Positions 37,840 through 48,638 are shown, numbered from the stretch's first letter. The stretch is DNA of 64,000 nucleotides from an uncultured Gammaproteobacteria bacterium (GCA_964576435.1 CAZNUP010000001.1:535551-599550), one strand, 5' to 3'. Notes: generated by a model not told the origin, from the letters alone. A program made the numbers and translations.

Positions 37840-38808
37840 TCACTTTCTAGGAATAATGAGCACATTTCCAACATTGATTATATTTGGGTCGCTAATCTTA
37901 TTTCTTTCGACAATTTCCACATATCTATATCCATCTCCATATGCTCGAACTGAAATGCTCCAAAGATCGTCGCCAGACACAATTGTGTACTTGTCAGCTG
38001 TGATCTTATTTTCTACAACAACTGGTTGTTCAATGGTGTTTGAAGCAATTGTCTTTTGTCTGGCTTCAACTTTAGGAATGATTATCTTTTGTCCGACATT
38101 TATGTGGGATGGATCAGCAATCTTATTTGCTTGAATTAAGTCCCAATCGTTATATCCACTACCATAATATTTTTCAGCAATTGACCAAAGTGTGTCGCCA
38201 CTGACAACTGTATGGGTTGTTGGAAGTGCTACAGCAATCCTTCCTTGCCCCACAACTTGTCCTTGTGGTTGTTTAGTTGGTTGTGCTGTTGGTGCTTTTG
38301 TCGGTGTTGCTATAACTGTTGGTTTTGCTGACACAATAACACTTGGTGTTTTGGTTGGTGTGGCTGTCACAGTTGGCTTAGGTGATGCTACGACTGTAGG
38401 TTTTTTAGTTGGTGTAGGAGTAACTGTGGGTTTGGGTGTGACTGTCGGTTTAGGTGATGCGACAATAGTTGGAGCCTTCGTTGGGGCTGGACTTGGAGCT
38501 TTGGTTGGTGTTGCTGTAACTGTTGGTGTAGGAGCAGTTGTTGTCCTTCCAGCAATTGTTCCAATTTGAATTTGTTCGTTGAGTTGGATTCTTTGATTGT
38601 CTTTTGGATTTCGCACAATAACTACGTTTGTTTTTGAAACTTCAGTTACTGGTTTTGGACTAGTGGGCTGTTGATTTCTAAAATAATTGAAACTTATTAG
38701 AGCAATTAAAACCACAACAAGACCTCCTAAAATCATCGACAAACTAGATTCAGTAAGTCCGAATGGAAGATTATATTCTTTTGTTAATGCCTTTTTAATT
38801 TTTGCCAT
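37840..38808 (-). CDS. membrane-anchored LysM-domain protein with long Pro/Thr/Lys linker
   Basis: N-terminal TM helix. PT-rich linker. Two C-terminal LysM domains (…VSGDTLWSIAEKYYG…, …VSGDDLWSISVRAYG…). Confidence 0.75.
   Translation of the reverse strand: MAKIKKALTKEYNLPFGLTESSLSMILGGLVVVLIALISFNYFRNQQPTSPKPVTEVSKTNVVIVRNPKDNQRIQLNEQIQIGTIAGRTTTAPTPTVTATPTKAPSPAPTKAPTIVASPKPTVTPKPTVTPTPTKKPTVVASPKPTVTATPTKTPSVIVSAKPTVIATPTKAPTAQPTKQPQGQVVGQGRIAVALPTTHTVVSGDTLWSIAEKYYGSGYNDWDLIQANKIADPSHINVGQKIIIPKVEARQKTIASNTIEQPVVVENKITADKYTIVSGDDLWSISVRAYGDGYRYVEIVERNKISDPNIINVGNVLIIPRK
38230..38560. repeat. low-complexity tandem DNA repeats (GTTGGTG/ACTGTTGG units) encoding the PT linker of the LysM protein
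   Basis: About 11 imperfect 24-30-nt repeats are visible. They are coding low complexity, not a CRISPR array. Confidence 0.5.
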
Positions 38809-38925
38809 TGTTTTAAGTTTTGGCAGATCAAAACGGGCAAGTGTTGGACAGAAGATCTACAAGCGCTTTTTACAAGATTTCTTACTTAGAGTCAACAACC
38901 AAATGGGTTTAATTTTTTATTTTTG

Positions 38926-38998
38926 CGGACCCGACCGGATTCGAACCGGCGATCTTCTCCGTGACAGGGAGACGTGATAACCACTACACTACGAGTCC
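38926..38998 (-). tRNA. tRNA-Asp (anticodon GTC)
   Basis: Reverse complement is GGACTCGTAGTGTAGTGGTTATCACGTCTCCCTGTCACGGAGAAGATCGCCGGTTCGAATCCGGTCGGGTCCG. Discriminator G73. Confidence 0.9.
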
Positions 38999-39023
38999 TG
39001 ACGTGCTAGAATGATATCACAGC

Positions 39024-40790
39024 ATGACTAATTTGGAAATTGCTAAGCTTCTAAGGAAAATTGCCGCCGCCTACACAATTCTTGGTGAAAACCGCTTCAA
39101 AGTGATTGCATATGATAATGCGGCAACAGCCGTCGAGCACTCAACAAGTGAAGTTAAAGATCTTTGGGATGACGGCAAACTAGATACTGTCCCAGGTCTA
39201 GGTACTTCAATTCAATCGCATTTGGATGAGCTGTTTAAAAACGGTAAATCTAAGCATTTTGATGAGGTCGTAAAAAAAGTTAACCCCGCTGTTTTTCCAC
39301 TTCTTGAAGTTCCAGGTATTGGTCCCAAAAAAGCCCAAAAGCTCGTGGAAAATCTGAACATTAAAAGTGATCAAACAGTATTTGATGATCTGGAGAAAGC
39401 AGCCAAAGAACACAAAATATCCTCAATAGAAGATTTTGGTGAAAAAAGTGAACAGGATATTTTGGCTGGTATAGAAAGATACAAAAAAGGCTCCATAAAA
39501 GAGAAGCGCATGGTCCTGCCACTCGCTGACGAATTGGCTGAAGATTTAATTGATTACTTAAAAGACAAGCTTGGCTCAAAAGCTAAAAGAATTGATAAAC
39601 TTGGAAGCCTAAGACGCCAAGTGGCAACAATTGGCGATATTGATTTAGCTGTAGCTACCAATCACCCTGAAGAAGTTTTAGATGTGTTTATAGCTTATCC
39701 CAAAAAAGTTGACCTTATCGAGCGTGGCCCAACAGGAGCTTCTCTTCTTTTGGCATCAGGAAGGCAATGTGATTTACGGGTAGGTAAGCCAGAAACTTAT
39801 GGGGCCATGCTTCAATACTTTACAGGGTCCAAATATCACAACATTAGACTTCGCGATTTTGGGCTCAAAAAAGGAGAATCACTCAACGAGTATGGCATTA
39901 AGAATCTAAAGACTGGGAAAGTTAAAGAATATTCAACAGAAGAAGCATTTTATGGTTCTTTGGGTTTAGAATATATTCCCCCGGAGCTTCGTGAAGACCA
40001 GGGAGAAGTCCAGGCAGCTTTAAATCATACCTTGCCTAAGTTAGTAGAGTTAAAGAACATAAAAGGGGATCTTCAAATGCATTCCAATTTTGATTTAGAA
40101 ACTAGCCATGATGCTGGCCAAGATTCCATTGAAGAAATGCGTAAGGCAGGAGAAAAGCTTGGTTACGACTTTATAGCAATAACAAACCACAATCCCTCAT
40201 CAAAACATACCTCAAGTGAAATGGTTGTGAAAATGGAAAAGCAAAAAAAGAAAATTGATTCACTTAACGAGTCAACAAAAGGTATTCGAATACTTTCTAT
40301 GCTCGAAATTGATATTTCTCCAGATGGTTCTCTACCTGTTCCACAAAAAGGGCTCGACCTATTAGATGGGTGCTTAGTTTCAATCCATTCCAACTTTCAG
40401 CTTGATAAAAAGAAAATGACCGAGCGGGTTATAAAAGGCCTTAGTAATCCAGTTGCTAGAATCTTTGCCCACCCAACAGGTAGACTTTTGGGCGAACGAG
40501 AAGGTTATGAATTGGATTGGGAAAAAATCTTTGCTTTTTGTCTAGAGAATGATAAGGCTTTAGAAATTAATTCCTACCCAAATAGACTTGACCTACCAGA
40601 TATTTTAGTTCACGAAGCCGTTAAAAGAGGTATTAAACTCTCTTTAGGAACCGACTCCCATGATAAAAACAGTCTAGTTAACATGCGTTATGGAGTATCA
40701 GTTGCCAGGAGGGGTTGGGCACAAAAGCAGGATATTATCAATTGTTGGGATTATGAAACTCTGTTAAAATGGCTACATAAGAGGGGGTGA
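39024..40790 (+). CDS. polX: DNA polymerase X family protein with C-terminal PHP domain
   Basis: Pol beta-like HhH and nucleotidyltransferase region [12 protein letters not shown] motifs [13 protein letters not shown] and AITNHN. Confidence 0.85.
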   Translation: MTNLEIAKLLRKIAAAYTILGENRFKVIAYDNAATAVEHSTSEVKDLWDDGKLDTVPGLGTSIQSHLDELFKNGKSKHFDEVVKKVNPAVFPLLEVPGIGPKKAQKLVENLNIKSDQTVFDDLEKAAKEHKISSIEDFGEKSEQDILAGIERYKKGSIKEKRMVLPLADELAEDLIDYLKDKLGSKAKRIDKLGSLRRQVATIGDIDLAVATNHPEEVLDVFIAYPKKVDLIERGPTGASLLLASGRQCDLRVGKPETYGAMLQYFTGSKYHNIRLRDFGLKKGESLNEYGIKNLKTGKVKEYSTEEAFYGSLGLEYIPPELREDQGEVQAALNHTLPKLVELKNIKGDLQMHSNFDLETSHDAGQDSIEEMRKAGEKLGYDFIAITNHNPSSKHTSSEMVVKMEKQKKKIDSLNESTKGIRILSMLEIDISPDGSLPVPQKGLDLLDGCLVSIHSNFQLDKKKMTERVIKGLSNPVARIFAHPTGRLLGEREGYELDWEKIFAFCLENDKALEINSYPNRLDLPDILVHEAVKRGIKLSLGTDSHDKNSLVNMRYGVSVARRGWAQKQDIINCWDYETLLKWLHKRG

Positions 40791-40794
40791 GTTT

Positions 40795-41352
40795 ATGTTA
40801 ACACTCATTATTATCGTCGCACTCATTGTTCTACTCGTTGTTTTCCTTTGGGGACTTTATAACGGTTTGGTGGTTAAAAAACTCCGCGTCGATGAGGCTT
40901 GGGCTCAAATTGATGTCCAACTAAGAAGGAGAGCAGATTTAATTCCAAATCTCGTTGAAGCAGTTAAGGGCTATGCAAAGCACGAAAAGACCGTCTTCGA
41001 AGAAGTCACTAAAGCAAGAACAGCTTTGATGGATGCTAAAAGCCCACAAGGTAAAGCTGAAGCGAATAACATGCTAGCAGGCGCTTTGAAATCTCTTTTT
41101 GCTGTTGCCGAAGCTTATCCAAAGCTTGAAGCCTCACAAAATTTCAAAGAATTGCAAGAGGAAATCAGTGATACAGAAGACAAGGTTGCTTATTCAAGGC
41201 AGTTCTATAACAACACAGTTATGGACTTTAATACGGCGCTACAAGTATTTCCAAATGTTATAATAGCCCCAGCTTTGGGCTTTAAACAAAGGGAATTTTT
41301 TGGTGACGTTTCTGAAGAAGATCGCAAAGCACCCAAGGTCAAATTTGAGTAA
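40795..41352 (+). CDS. lemA: LemA family protein
   Basis: N-terminal TM helix plus LemA core (…[20 protein letters not shown]…). Confidence 0.8.
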   Translation: MLTLIIIVALIVLLVVFLWGLYNGLVVKKLRVDEAWAQIDVQLRRRADLIPNLVEAVKGYAKHEKTVFEEVTKARTALMDAKSPQGKAEANNMLAGALKSLFAVAEAYPKLEASQNFKELQEEISDTEDKVAYSRQFYNNTVMDFNTALQVFPNVIIAPALGFKQREFFGDVSEEDRKAPKVKFE

Positions 41353-42239
41353 TGTCTATCTACTCTCAAATCGATTCCAACAAGAGAAAGACATGGTTAA
41401 TCATGTTTCTTTTTGTCGTGTTTATAACCACCTTAGGTTATGTTTTTGGTAAGGCACTTGGAACAGGACCAGGTTTAATGGGAATTTTCTTTATAGTGGC
41501 AGGTATTTCATCACTTTTTTCATATTACTTCTCAGATTCGATAGTAGTTTCTCTTTCAGGGGCTAAGCCTGTTTCCAAAGATCAGGACCCAGAACTTTAT
41601 AATGTGGTTGAAAATCTAGCCATCGCCTCAGGAATCCCCATGCCCAAAGTCTATCTAATACAAGACAGTGCTTTAAATGCTTTTGCAACGGGAAGAGATC
41701 CAAAGCATGGAGTGGTCGCGATAACTTCAGGTTTAAGACACAAGCTCTCAAAGACAGAACTTGAAGGTGTAATAGCTCATGAACTTTCCCATATTGGCAA
41801 TTTTGACACCCGGCTTTTGGCAATTGTTTCAATTTTAGTTGGCTTCGTTGCTCTTCTAGCGGATTGGTTTATGAGAAGTCTTTGGTTTGGAGATAGAGAC
41901 CACGATAGTAAATCGGAAACGATCTTTTTAGTAATTGGAATAGTTTTAGCTGCACTATCTCCAATTATTGCAACATTAATTCAGCTCTCAATTTCAAGAA
42001 AACGCGAATACTTAGCTGATGCAAATGGCGCTTACATTACAAGATATCCAGAGGGTTTAGCAAAAGCTCTAGAAGTCATAAGAGATGATAGGCAAACTGG
42101 CAAGTTTGCTAATAATGCAACCGCTTCAGTATTTTTTGTTAATCCGTTCAAAGGGAAAGATATTGGCTCAAAATTTTCAAACCTTTTTAACACCCACCCA
42201 CCAATTGAAGAAAGAATTAAACTATTAAGGGAGATGTAA
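41352..42239 (+). CDS. htpX: M48 zinc metalloprotease HtpX
   Basis: HEXXH as HELSHIGNFD, four TM helices, HtpX order. Confidence 0.85.
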   Translation: MSIYSQIDSNKRKTWLIMFLFVVFITTLGYVFGKALGTGPGLMGIFFIVAGISSLFSYYFSDSIVVSLSGAKPVSKDQDPELYNVVENLAIASGIPMPKVYLIQDSALNAFATGRDPKHGVVAITSGLRHKLSKTELEGVIAHELSHIGNFDTRLLAIVSILVGFVALLADWFMRSLWFGDRDHDSKSETIFLVIGIVLAALSPIIATLIQLSISRKREYLADANGAYITRYPEGLAKALEVIRDDRQTGKFANNATASVFFVNPFKGKDIGSKFSNLFNTHPPIEERIKLLREM

Positions 42240-42241
42240 TT

Positions 42242-44068
42242 ATGTGCGGAGTATATGGAATTATTGGCTATAAAAATGACAAGCTTCTAAAGGAGATGGG
42301 GAAAACTATTGCCCATAGAGGTCCCGATGACCAAGAAGAGTTTATCAAAGGAAATGTTGGCTTAGGCTATAGAAGATTAGCAATTATTGATACCGCTGGC
42401 AGTTTTCAACCTCTTTTTAACGAAGACAAGTCAATTGTTTTGTTCTTTAACGGCGAAATCTATAACTATCAAGAGCTAAGAAAACAACTTAAGGGGCACA
42501 AATTTAAAACAAATGGTGATGGAGAAACAATAATTCATTGGTACGAAGAGCATGGAATTAATGGTCTCAAAGATTTAAACGGAATGTTTGGACTAGCTCT
42601 CTATGACATAAAAGCTAAAAAAATCTATCTTGCTCGCGACAGGTTTGGAGTAAAACCGCTTTACTACTCCACTTTAAATAATCATTTCTCTTATTCGTCA
42701 GAAATTAAAGCAATCTTAGCTGATAAAGACATCCCAAGAAAACCGAATGACAAAGTTATATATCAATATCTAGTTCACAGGATTCACGACAATACTGAGG
42801 ATACTTTCTTTGATGGAATTAAAAGGCTTGAGTCAGGGCACTATATGGTTGTAAATGAAAATGGAAAGATTGAAAAAAATGCCCCATATTGGACTCCCTC
42901 TTTAGAAAAGAAGTCCAAGGCGTCAGTTGATGAAAATGTTAAAAAATTTGATGAACTTTTTGAGCAAACGGTTAAGCGCCAGCTAATTGCAGATGTTCCC
43001 GTTGGTTCCTGCCTAAGTGGAGGATTAGATTCTTCAGCCATTGTTTGCCAGATAAATAAAATAGGTGATACAAAATATCAAAATACCTTCTCGGCAGTTT
43101 TCCCAGGTGAAGTAAACAATGAAGAAAAATATATTGACGAGGTCATTAAAACGACGGGTGTCAAAGACTATAAAGCTAGTCCAACTTCAAAAGATTTATG
43201 GAATGATTTAAACGATCTTATTTATCATCAAGATGAACCATTTGTCTCTTCAGGTCCCTACGCCCAATGGGCGGTAGATAAATTAGCGGCTAAAAAAGTT
43301 AAAGTAGTCCTTGATGGACAGGGAGCTGACGAACTTTTAGCAGGTTACATTCCTTATTTTGGAATGTACTTTAAAGAGCTTTTAAAATCAAAAAAATACA
43401 AACAGCTTCTTACTGAAATGTTTTATGCAAGAGATGTTTTAATTCCCTTTGGAAAAGAAAAAATTAAATCCAGACTCGGTCTCTATAAGCCAGTTTCTCC
43501 ATATCCAATGCTTAAAAAAGATTTTTTGGCTGCAAATAGAGCCCCTTCATCTGTAAGACCGGCTAAAAATCTTGAAGAAAGACTTTTTAACGACCTATTC
43601 TTTGACAGTATTCCAGCTCTCCTTCGCTACGAGGATAGAAATAGTATGGCTCATTCCCTTGAAAGTAGGGTTCCATTTCTTGATAACGATCTTGTTGATT
43701 TCATGATGACACTTGATGGTAGTTACAGAATAAGAAAGGGATGGAACAAATGGATTATGCGTGAGGCCTTAAAAGATTTGCTTCCAGAGATGATAAAAAC
43801 CAGAAGGTGGAAAGTAGGATTCACTACTCCAGAAATTGCTTGGATGAGAGCTCTTGGCAAAGAAATAATGAGTGTTTTTGAAAGTGACAGCTTTAAAAAT
43901 AGGGGATACTTTAACTATAAAGATGTAGTTATGAATTTCCATGACTATTTAGATGGAGCCACTGATGATTCCTTGCCATTTTGGCGACTACTAAATCTAG
44001 AAATCTGGTTTAGAATATTTTTTGATGATCATGCCAAAACCCAATCCCAAAAAGAAACTAGAAATTAA
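42242..44068 (+). CDS. asnB: asparagine synthase (glutamine-hydrolysing)
   Basis: MCGVYGI Ntn-Cys start; SGGLDSS PP-loop. Confidence 0.85.
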   Translation: MCGVYGIIGYKNDKLLKEMGKTIAHRGPDDQEEFIKGNVGLGYRRLAIIDTAGSFQPLFNEDKSIVLFFNGEIYNYQELRKQLKGHKFKTNGDGETIIHWYEEHGINGLKDLNGMFGLALYDIKAKKIYLARDRFGVKPLYYSTLNNHFSYSSEIKAILADKDIPRKPNDKVIYQYLVHRIHDNTEDTFFDGIKRLESGHYMVVNENGKIEKNAPYWTPSLEKKSKASVDENVKKFDELFEQTVKRQLIADVPVGSCLSGGLDSSAIVCQINKIGDTKYQNTFSAVFPGEVNNEEKYIDEVIKTTGVKDYKASPTSKDLWNDLNDLIYHQDEPFVSSGPYAQWAVDKLAAKKVKVVLDGQGADELLAGYIPYFGMYFKELLKSKKYKQLLTEMFYARDVLIPFGKEKIKSRLGLYKPVSPYPMLKKDFLAANRAPSSVRPAKNLEERLFNDLFFDSIPALLRYEDRNSMAHSLESRVPFLDNDLVDFMMTLDGSYRIRKGWNKWIMREALKDLLPEMIKTRRWKVGFTTPEIAWMRALGKEIMSVFESDSFKNRGYFNYKDVVMNFHDYLDGATDDSLPFWRLLNLEIWFRIFFDDHAKTQSQKETRN

Positions 44069-44717
44069 AGTTGATGGTGTAACCTACGCTAGGTACCCAA
44101 TAAAGACAAAAGTCGTAGCTGACGGCGACGACATCGTGAAAGTGATTAAAGATTCAGCGGGAAAGTTTTTAAAGGAAGGTGACTTCATTATTATTTCTGA
44201 AAGGGTAGTAGCAACCGCTCAAGGAAGGTCAATTCCAATTAAAGATATAAAGCCTTCCTTTTGGGCAAAGTTTCTAGTTAAGCATGTCTATAAAAATCCT
44301 TACGGGATCGGTCTATCTTCACCATGGACCATGGAGTTAGCTATAAGAGAAGCTGGTCTTTTTTGGATTCTTCTTGGCAGTGCCGCAGCAGTAGTCACAA
44401 AGCCATTTGGAATAAAAGGAGTTTTCTATAAAGTTGCTGGCCACAATATTAACGCAATTGATGGTCCAGCTGATTATGTCCTGCCTCCAGGAAATACGCA
44501 TGCAAAATTGGGTCCAAAAGACCCGATGGGCACAGCTCAAATGATGGCAGATAAATTAGGCCACGAGGTCTGCATTATTGATGCCAATGACCTTGGTAGA
44601 AGATTTATGGGAGTCTCAAAGAATTTAGATGGTAAAACTTGTGAACTAATCTTTGCTGATAATCCTCTGGGTCAATCCAGGGAGCAAACCCCATTTGCAC
44701 TTGTTAGACTAATATAA
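44022..44717 (+). CDS. CofE-like (F420-0:gamma-glutamyl ligase family) protein
   Basis: …VVADGDDIVKVI…GHNINAIDGP…CIIDANDLGRRFMG parallels the CofE GDD / NAGID / IITDTNGR segments. 5' end overlaps asnB by 47 nt, so the start may be at 44031. Confidence 0.5.
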   Translation: MMIMPKPNPKKKLEIKVDGVTYARYPIKTKVVADGDDIVKVIKDSAGKFLKEGDFIIISERVVATAQGRSIPIKDIKPSFWAKFLVKHVYKNPYGIGLSSPWTMELAIREAGLFWILLGSAAAVVTKPFGIKGVFYKVAGHNINAIDGPADYVLPPGNTHAKLGPKDPMGTAQMMADKLGHEVCIIDANDLGRRFMGVSKNLDGKTCELIFADNPLGQSREQTPFALVRLI

Positions 44718-44720
44718 TTT

Positions 44721-44969
44721 ATGGCTGAAAAACTACTTTTACCAGTTAATCCAATTTCCCCAGATGAGATAGGTCATGATCTCACGGAAAAGTACCCTGA
44801 TCATACTTTTTGGGTTATCCACCAACTCCCAAGCGGCGGTACTTATTTTACAAGGACCGTTGACCCTGAAATACAGGCTCTAATGCCTAATATCAGCCAT
44901 AGAAGAAGACTCGGCGCTCCTTTATCTGTTAGAATTCGTGCTTTTATTGACGGAATTATTAATAACTAG
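44721..44969 (+). CDS. hypothetical protein (82 aa)
   Basis: ORF only. Confidence 0.35.
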   Translation: MAEKLLLPVNPISPDEIGHDLTEKYPDHTFWVIHQLPSGGTYFTRTVDPEIQALMPNISHRRRLGAPLSVRIRAFIDGIINN

Positions 44970-45004
44970 TTGTTGGGGTGGTCAAAAAAAGCTAAAATCA
45001 CCTC

Positions 45005-45301
45005 GTGGCTAAAAAACAAACTCTTTCAGAAGACGAAATTAAACATGTTGCTAAATTGGCAGAGCTCCCCTTGACTGAAAAAGAGATTGAAAATTTTGAC
45101 AAACAACTTTCAGAAACCCTCAATTACGTTGAGGACCTAAATGAACTAAAAACTGACGACATTAAAGCCACGCCCCAAGTAACTAACAATGAGAATGTAT
45201 TTAGAGAAGACGAAATAACCCCGGGATTAACTCAAGAACAAGCTCTTCAAAATGCAAAATCTAAAAATGGTTTTTTTATAGCTAAAGTTTCATGGACTTA
45301 A
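45005..45301 (+). CDS. gatC: Asp/Glu-tRNA amidotransferase subunit C
   Basis: GTG start; LSEDEIKHVAKLAELPLTEKEIENF…LNYVEDL is typical of GatC. Confidence 0.8.
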   Translation: MAKKQTLSEDEIKHVAKLAELPLTEKEIENFDKQLSETLNYVEDLNELKTDDIKATPQVTNNENVFREDEITPGLTQEQALQNAKSKNGFFIAKVSWT

Positions 45302-46698
45302 ATACACTCACTATTTCTGAAGTTACGACGGGTCTCAAAGAGAAAAAGTTTAGTGCTTTTGATCTTATCTCAGCATGCTTTAAAAGAATTCATGAGGTTG
45401 ACCCCAAAATCCATGCCTTTCTGGCTCTAGATAAAGAAAATGCTTTAAAAACTGCCAGGGAAGCAGATCAAGTAATAAATCCCGCTGCTTTTAGCTCCAA
45501 ACCTTTACTTGGAGTTCCAATTGCAGTTAAAGATAATTTCAATACTATTGGCATAGAAACAACAGCTTCCTCAAAAATATTAAAAGGCTATATCCCTCCA
45601 TACGACGCAACAGTAGTTAGAAAGCTTAAAGATGCTGGAGCCATAATCATTGGGAAAACAAATATGGATGCTTTCGCTCATGGTTCTTCAACAGAGACTT
45701 CGGACTTTGGCCCAACTCTAAATCCTTGGAATACAGACCATTTACCAGGCGGTTCCTCAGGTGGGTCTGCTGCTGCAATTGCCTCTGACGAAGTAACCAC
45801 ATCAATTGGAAGTGAAACAGCTGGTTCAATTCGTGGCCCCGCTGCCTGGTGTGGGATTGTTGGTTTAAAACCCACCTATGGCAGAGTTAGTAGATATGGT
45901 CTTATGGCTATGGCATCGTCAACCGATTCCCCGGGCCCAATAACAAAATCAGTAGAGGACGCAGAAACTCTTTATCACATTCTTGCAGGATTTGATCCAC
46001 TTGACGCAACAACTGGAAAAGAAAAGCCAAAAAGAGCAGTTAAAGATCTTGACCTGAAAAATATAAAGATTGGATTACCAAAAGAATATTTCCGTCCCGA
46101 AGCGCAAAGTGGAGTCAATGAAAAAGTTTTAGAAGGTGCCAAACTTTTGGAAGAGAGGGGTGCCAAACTTATTGAAGTTTCCACTTTTGATCCAAAGTAT
46201 GCCGTATCTGTCTACACAATTTTGCAAAGGTCAGAAGTGTCCTCAAATCTCGCCAGGTTTGATGGAATAAGATTCGGCGGTCCAAGAAGTGAATTTAATG
46301 ACGAAAACAAACGCCGCATTATGCTTGGCACTTATACATTGTCCGCAGGCTACTATGACGCCTATTATAAAAAAGCTCAAAAAGTTAGAACCTTAATTGT
46401 TAACGATTTTAATAAGATTTTTGAAGGTGTTGATATTCTTTTAGCTCCCACCCTTCCCTCAGTTGCTCCTAAAAAAGGTGTTACTGATGGAGAATCGATG
46501 TTTGGAGAACTAGCAGACATTCTTACAGAGCCAAGTAGTATAGCGGGGCTTCCAGGGATAAGTTTGCCCTCAGGTTTGGTTGATGGGTTGCCTGTTGGTC
46601 TCCAGTTAATAGGACCTCAGTGGAGTGAGGATTTAATTTTGGCAGTTGCTTATCAATACGAAAAATCTTACGGCCCATTCGAAAAACCAAAACTATGA
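45292..46698 (+). CDS. gatA: Asp/Glu-tRNA amidotransferase subunit A (amidase)
   Basis: Amidase signature GGSSGGSAAAIAS; catalytic Ser-cisSer-Lys context. Confidence 0.9.
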   Translation: MDLNTLTISEVTTGLKEKKFSAFDLISACFKRIHEVDPKIHAFLALDKENALKTAREADQVINPAAFSSKPLLGVPIAVKDNFNTIGIETTASSKILKGYIPPYDATVVRKLKDAGAIIIGKTNMDAFAHGSSTETSDFGPTLNPWNTDHLPGGSSGGSAAAIASDEVTTSIGSETAGSIRGPAAWCGIVGLKPTYGRVSRYGLMAMASSTDSPGPITKSVEDAETLYHILAGFDPLDATTGKEKPKRAVKDLDLKNIKIGLPKEYFRPEAQSGVNEKVLEGAKLLEERGAKLIEVSTFDPKYAVSVYTILQRSEVSSNLARFDGIRFGGPRSEFNDENKRRIMLGTYTLSAGYYDAYYKKAQKVRTLIVNDFNKIFEGVDILLAPTLPSVAPKKGVTDGESMFGELADILTEPSSIAGLPGISLPSGLVDGLPVGLQLIGPQWSEDLILAVAYQYEKSYGPFEKPKL

Positions 46699-47957
46699 AA
46701 AATTTACAACCAATAATTGGTCTTGAGGTTCATGTTGAACTAGCTACAAAATCTAAAATGTTTTGTGGTTGTCCCGCTGAACACTTTGGTGTCGAACCAA
46801 ATACTCACACCTGTCCCGTTTGTCTTGGACTCCCTGGAGCCTTACCAGTTCCCAATAAAAAAGCTGTAGAGTGGACTATTCTTTTGGGTTTAGCACTAGG
46901 TTGCAAAATTAATGAGCACTCAAAGTTCGATCGCAAAAACTATTTTTATCCAGATTTAGCTAAAGGCTATCAAATCTCTCAATATGATGAACCAATTGCT
47001 GAAGGCGGGGAGTTAAATGGGATAAGAATTAGAAGAGTTCACCTAGAAGAAGACACTGGCAAACTTCAACACGAGGGCGATATAACGTTGGTTGATTTCA
47101 ATAGATCAAGTGTTCCACTGGTAGAAATTGTTACCGAACCTGATTTTAGAACAATTGAACAGGTCGATGATTATCTTAAAAAACTTCAAAAGATAATCCG
47201 CTATCTTGGTATTTCAGGAGCTGATATGGAAAAGGGTTCCATGCGCCTTGAACCATCGATTTCGCTTTCTGAAGATGGCTCGCTTCCAAACTACAGAGTA
47301 GAACTAAAAAACATTAATTCCTTTAGGTTTGCAAGAAAAGCTTTAGAGTTTGAAATTGAAAGACAACAAGTGGAACCCCATAAACAACAAACTAGAGGCT
47401 GGAACGAAGCTAAAAATGAAACAGTTTTGCAAAGAGAAAAAGAAGGCGAAAGTGACTATAGATATTTCCCAGAACCAGATATTCCACCAATGCATTTTTC
47501 AAATGAATTTATAGCAGAAATTAAAAAGCAGGTTCCAGAATTGCCTGACCAAAAATCACAAAGATTTCAAAAAGAATTCGGCTTAACTGAACAAACAGCA
47601 AGTCAATTGTCAGATGATTTAGAAGTTGCTAACTATTTTGATGAAACCGTAAAAGTAGACAAAGATGTTGCTAAAGATGCAGCCAACTGGATAGTCAACA
47701 AAAAGGTTGATATAAATAATACGGTCCCAGGGGAACTAGTGTCAAAAATAAAACAATCTAAACAAGTTGCTCAAATTGATGAAAGTGAATTGGAAAAAAT
47801 AGTTGATCAGGTATTACAAGAAAATCAAAAAGCAGTGGATGATTATAAAGGCGGCAAAACAAATGTCATTGGTTTTTTAATCGGAATGGTTTCAAAAAAA
47901 ATCAAAGCTAATCCCGGCATAATATCTAAAATGTTACAGGAAAAAATTAATGACTGA
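46695..47957 (+). CDS. gatB: Asp/Glu-tRNA amidotransferase subunit B (short form, 420 aa)
   Basis: N-terminus PIIGLEVHVEL…CGCP…CPVCLGLPG is typical of GatB. Confidence 0.9.
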   Translation: MKNLQPIIGLEVHVELATKSKMFCGCPAEHFGVEPNTHTCPVCLGLPGALPVPNKKAVEWTILLGLALGCKINEHSKFDRKNYFYPDLAKGYQISQYDEPIAEGGELNGIRIRRVHLEEDTGKLQHEGDITLVDFNRSSVPLVEIVTEPDFRTIEQVDDYLKKLQKIIRYLGISGADMEKGSMRLEPSISLSEDGSLPNYRVELKNINSFRFARKALEFEIERQQVEPHKQQTRGWNEAKNETVLQREKEGESDYRYFPEPDIPPMHFSNEFIAEIKKQVPELPDQKSQRFQKEFGLTEQTASQLSDDLEVANYFDETVKVDKDVAKDAANWIVNKKVDINNTVPGELVSKIKQSKQVAQIDESELEKIVDQVLQENQKAVDDYKGGKTNVIGFLIGMVSKKIKANPGIISKMLQEKIND

Positions 47958-48588
47958 CGGAACAACACAAGAGAGACGATCTGCTATTGACACTCTGAGA
48001 ATATCTGCCTTGGAAGGTAGGTTGGAAAAGACTCCCGAAGAATGGAAGCAGCTTGCTTTAACAGATTCTAAAACGGGTCTTAAAAGTGATCTTTGGTTCA
48101 AGCTATGCGCAGCAGAGCTTTATGACGAAGTGGTTACAAAGGGAAAAGGGGAAATGGGTGCAATTGCTTTAGACATAGATTATTTCCAAATTTGGAACAC
48201 ACAAACAGGGCATCCCTATGCGGATGAAGTTTTGAAAAAAGTTGGCGATCTTATAAATAATGAGCATGAAGGAATTAGAAAAGACTCTGATGTTGCCATT
48301 AAAATGGGCGGGGAAGAAATACTCATTCTTTTACCCTATTCGGACCTGGAGGGAACAATGGCGGCGGCAAATAGATTAAGATCAGAAATTCAATCATTAG
48401 GTAATAAACTAGTTATGACGCCCACTTTGAGCGCGGGTGTTTCTCATTCAACATTGTTGGAGACTTCCAATGTGCAAGAGCTTTATAAAACCGCAGATAT
48501 AGCACAGTCACATGCAAAAAGAGATGGTAGAAATAAAGTAGTCCCTTATGTCCCAAAGATGGAACAAGTCCCGTACAAGAAATTTTAG
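47950..48588 (+). CDS. GGDEF-domain protein with GGEEI active-site variant
   Basis: LTDSKTGL, DIDYFQIWNTQTGHPYADEVLKKV and RKDSDVAIKMGGEEILILLP. No sensor domain. Start overlaps the gatB stop. Confidence 0.7.
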   Translation: MTDGTTQERRSAIDTLRISALEGRLEKTPEEWKQLALTDSKTGLKSDLWFKLCAAELYDEVVTKGKGEMGAIALDIDYFQIWNTQTGHPYADEVLKKVGDLINNEHEGIRKDSDVAIKMGGEEILILLPYSDLEGTMAAANRLRSEIQSLGNKLVMTPTLSAGVSHSTLLETSNVQELYKTADIAQSHAKRDGRNKVVPYVPKMEQVPYKKF

Positions 48589-48638
48589 AAAGACTGACCC
48601 CTTCTTTCTAGTCTCCAAACTTAGTATAAAATAGTCGC

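Noticed and set aside
38230-38560. Regularly spaced ~24-30-nt DNA repeats that at first glance resemble a CRISPR array; a similar shorter run lies at 12120-12245.
   Set aside because: The repeats are imperfect and have no unique spacers. They lie inside long ORFs, where they encode Pro/Thr/Lys linkers of the LysM and BNR-lipase proteins. No cas genes are adjacent.
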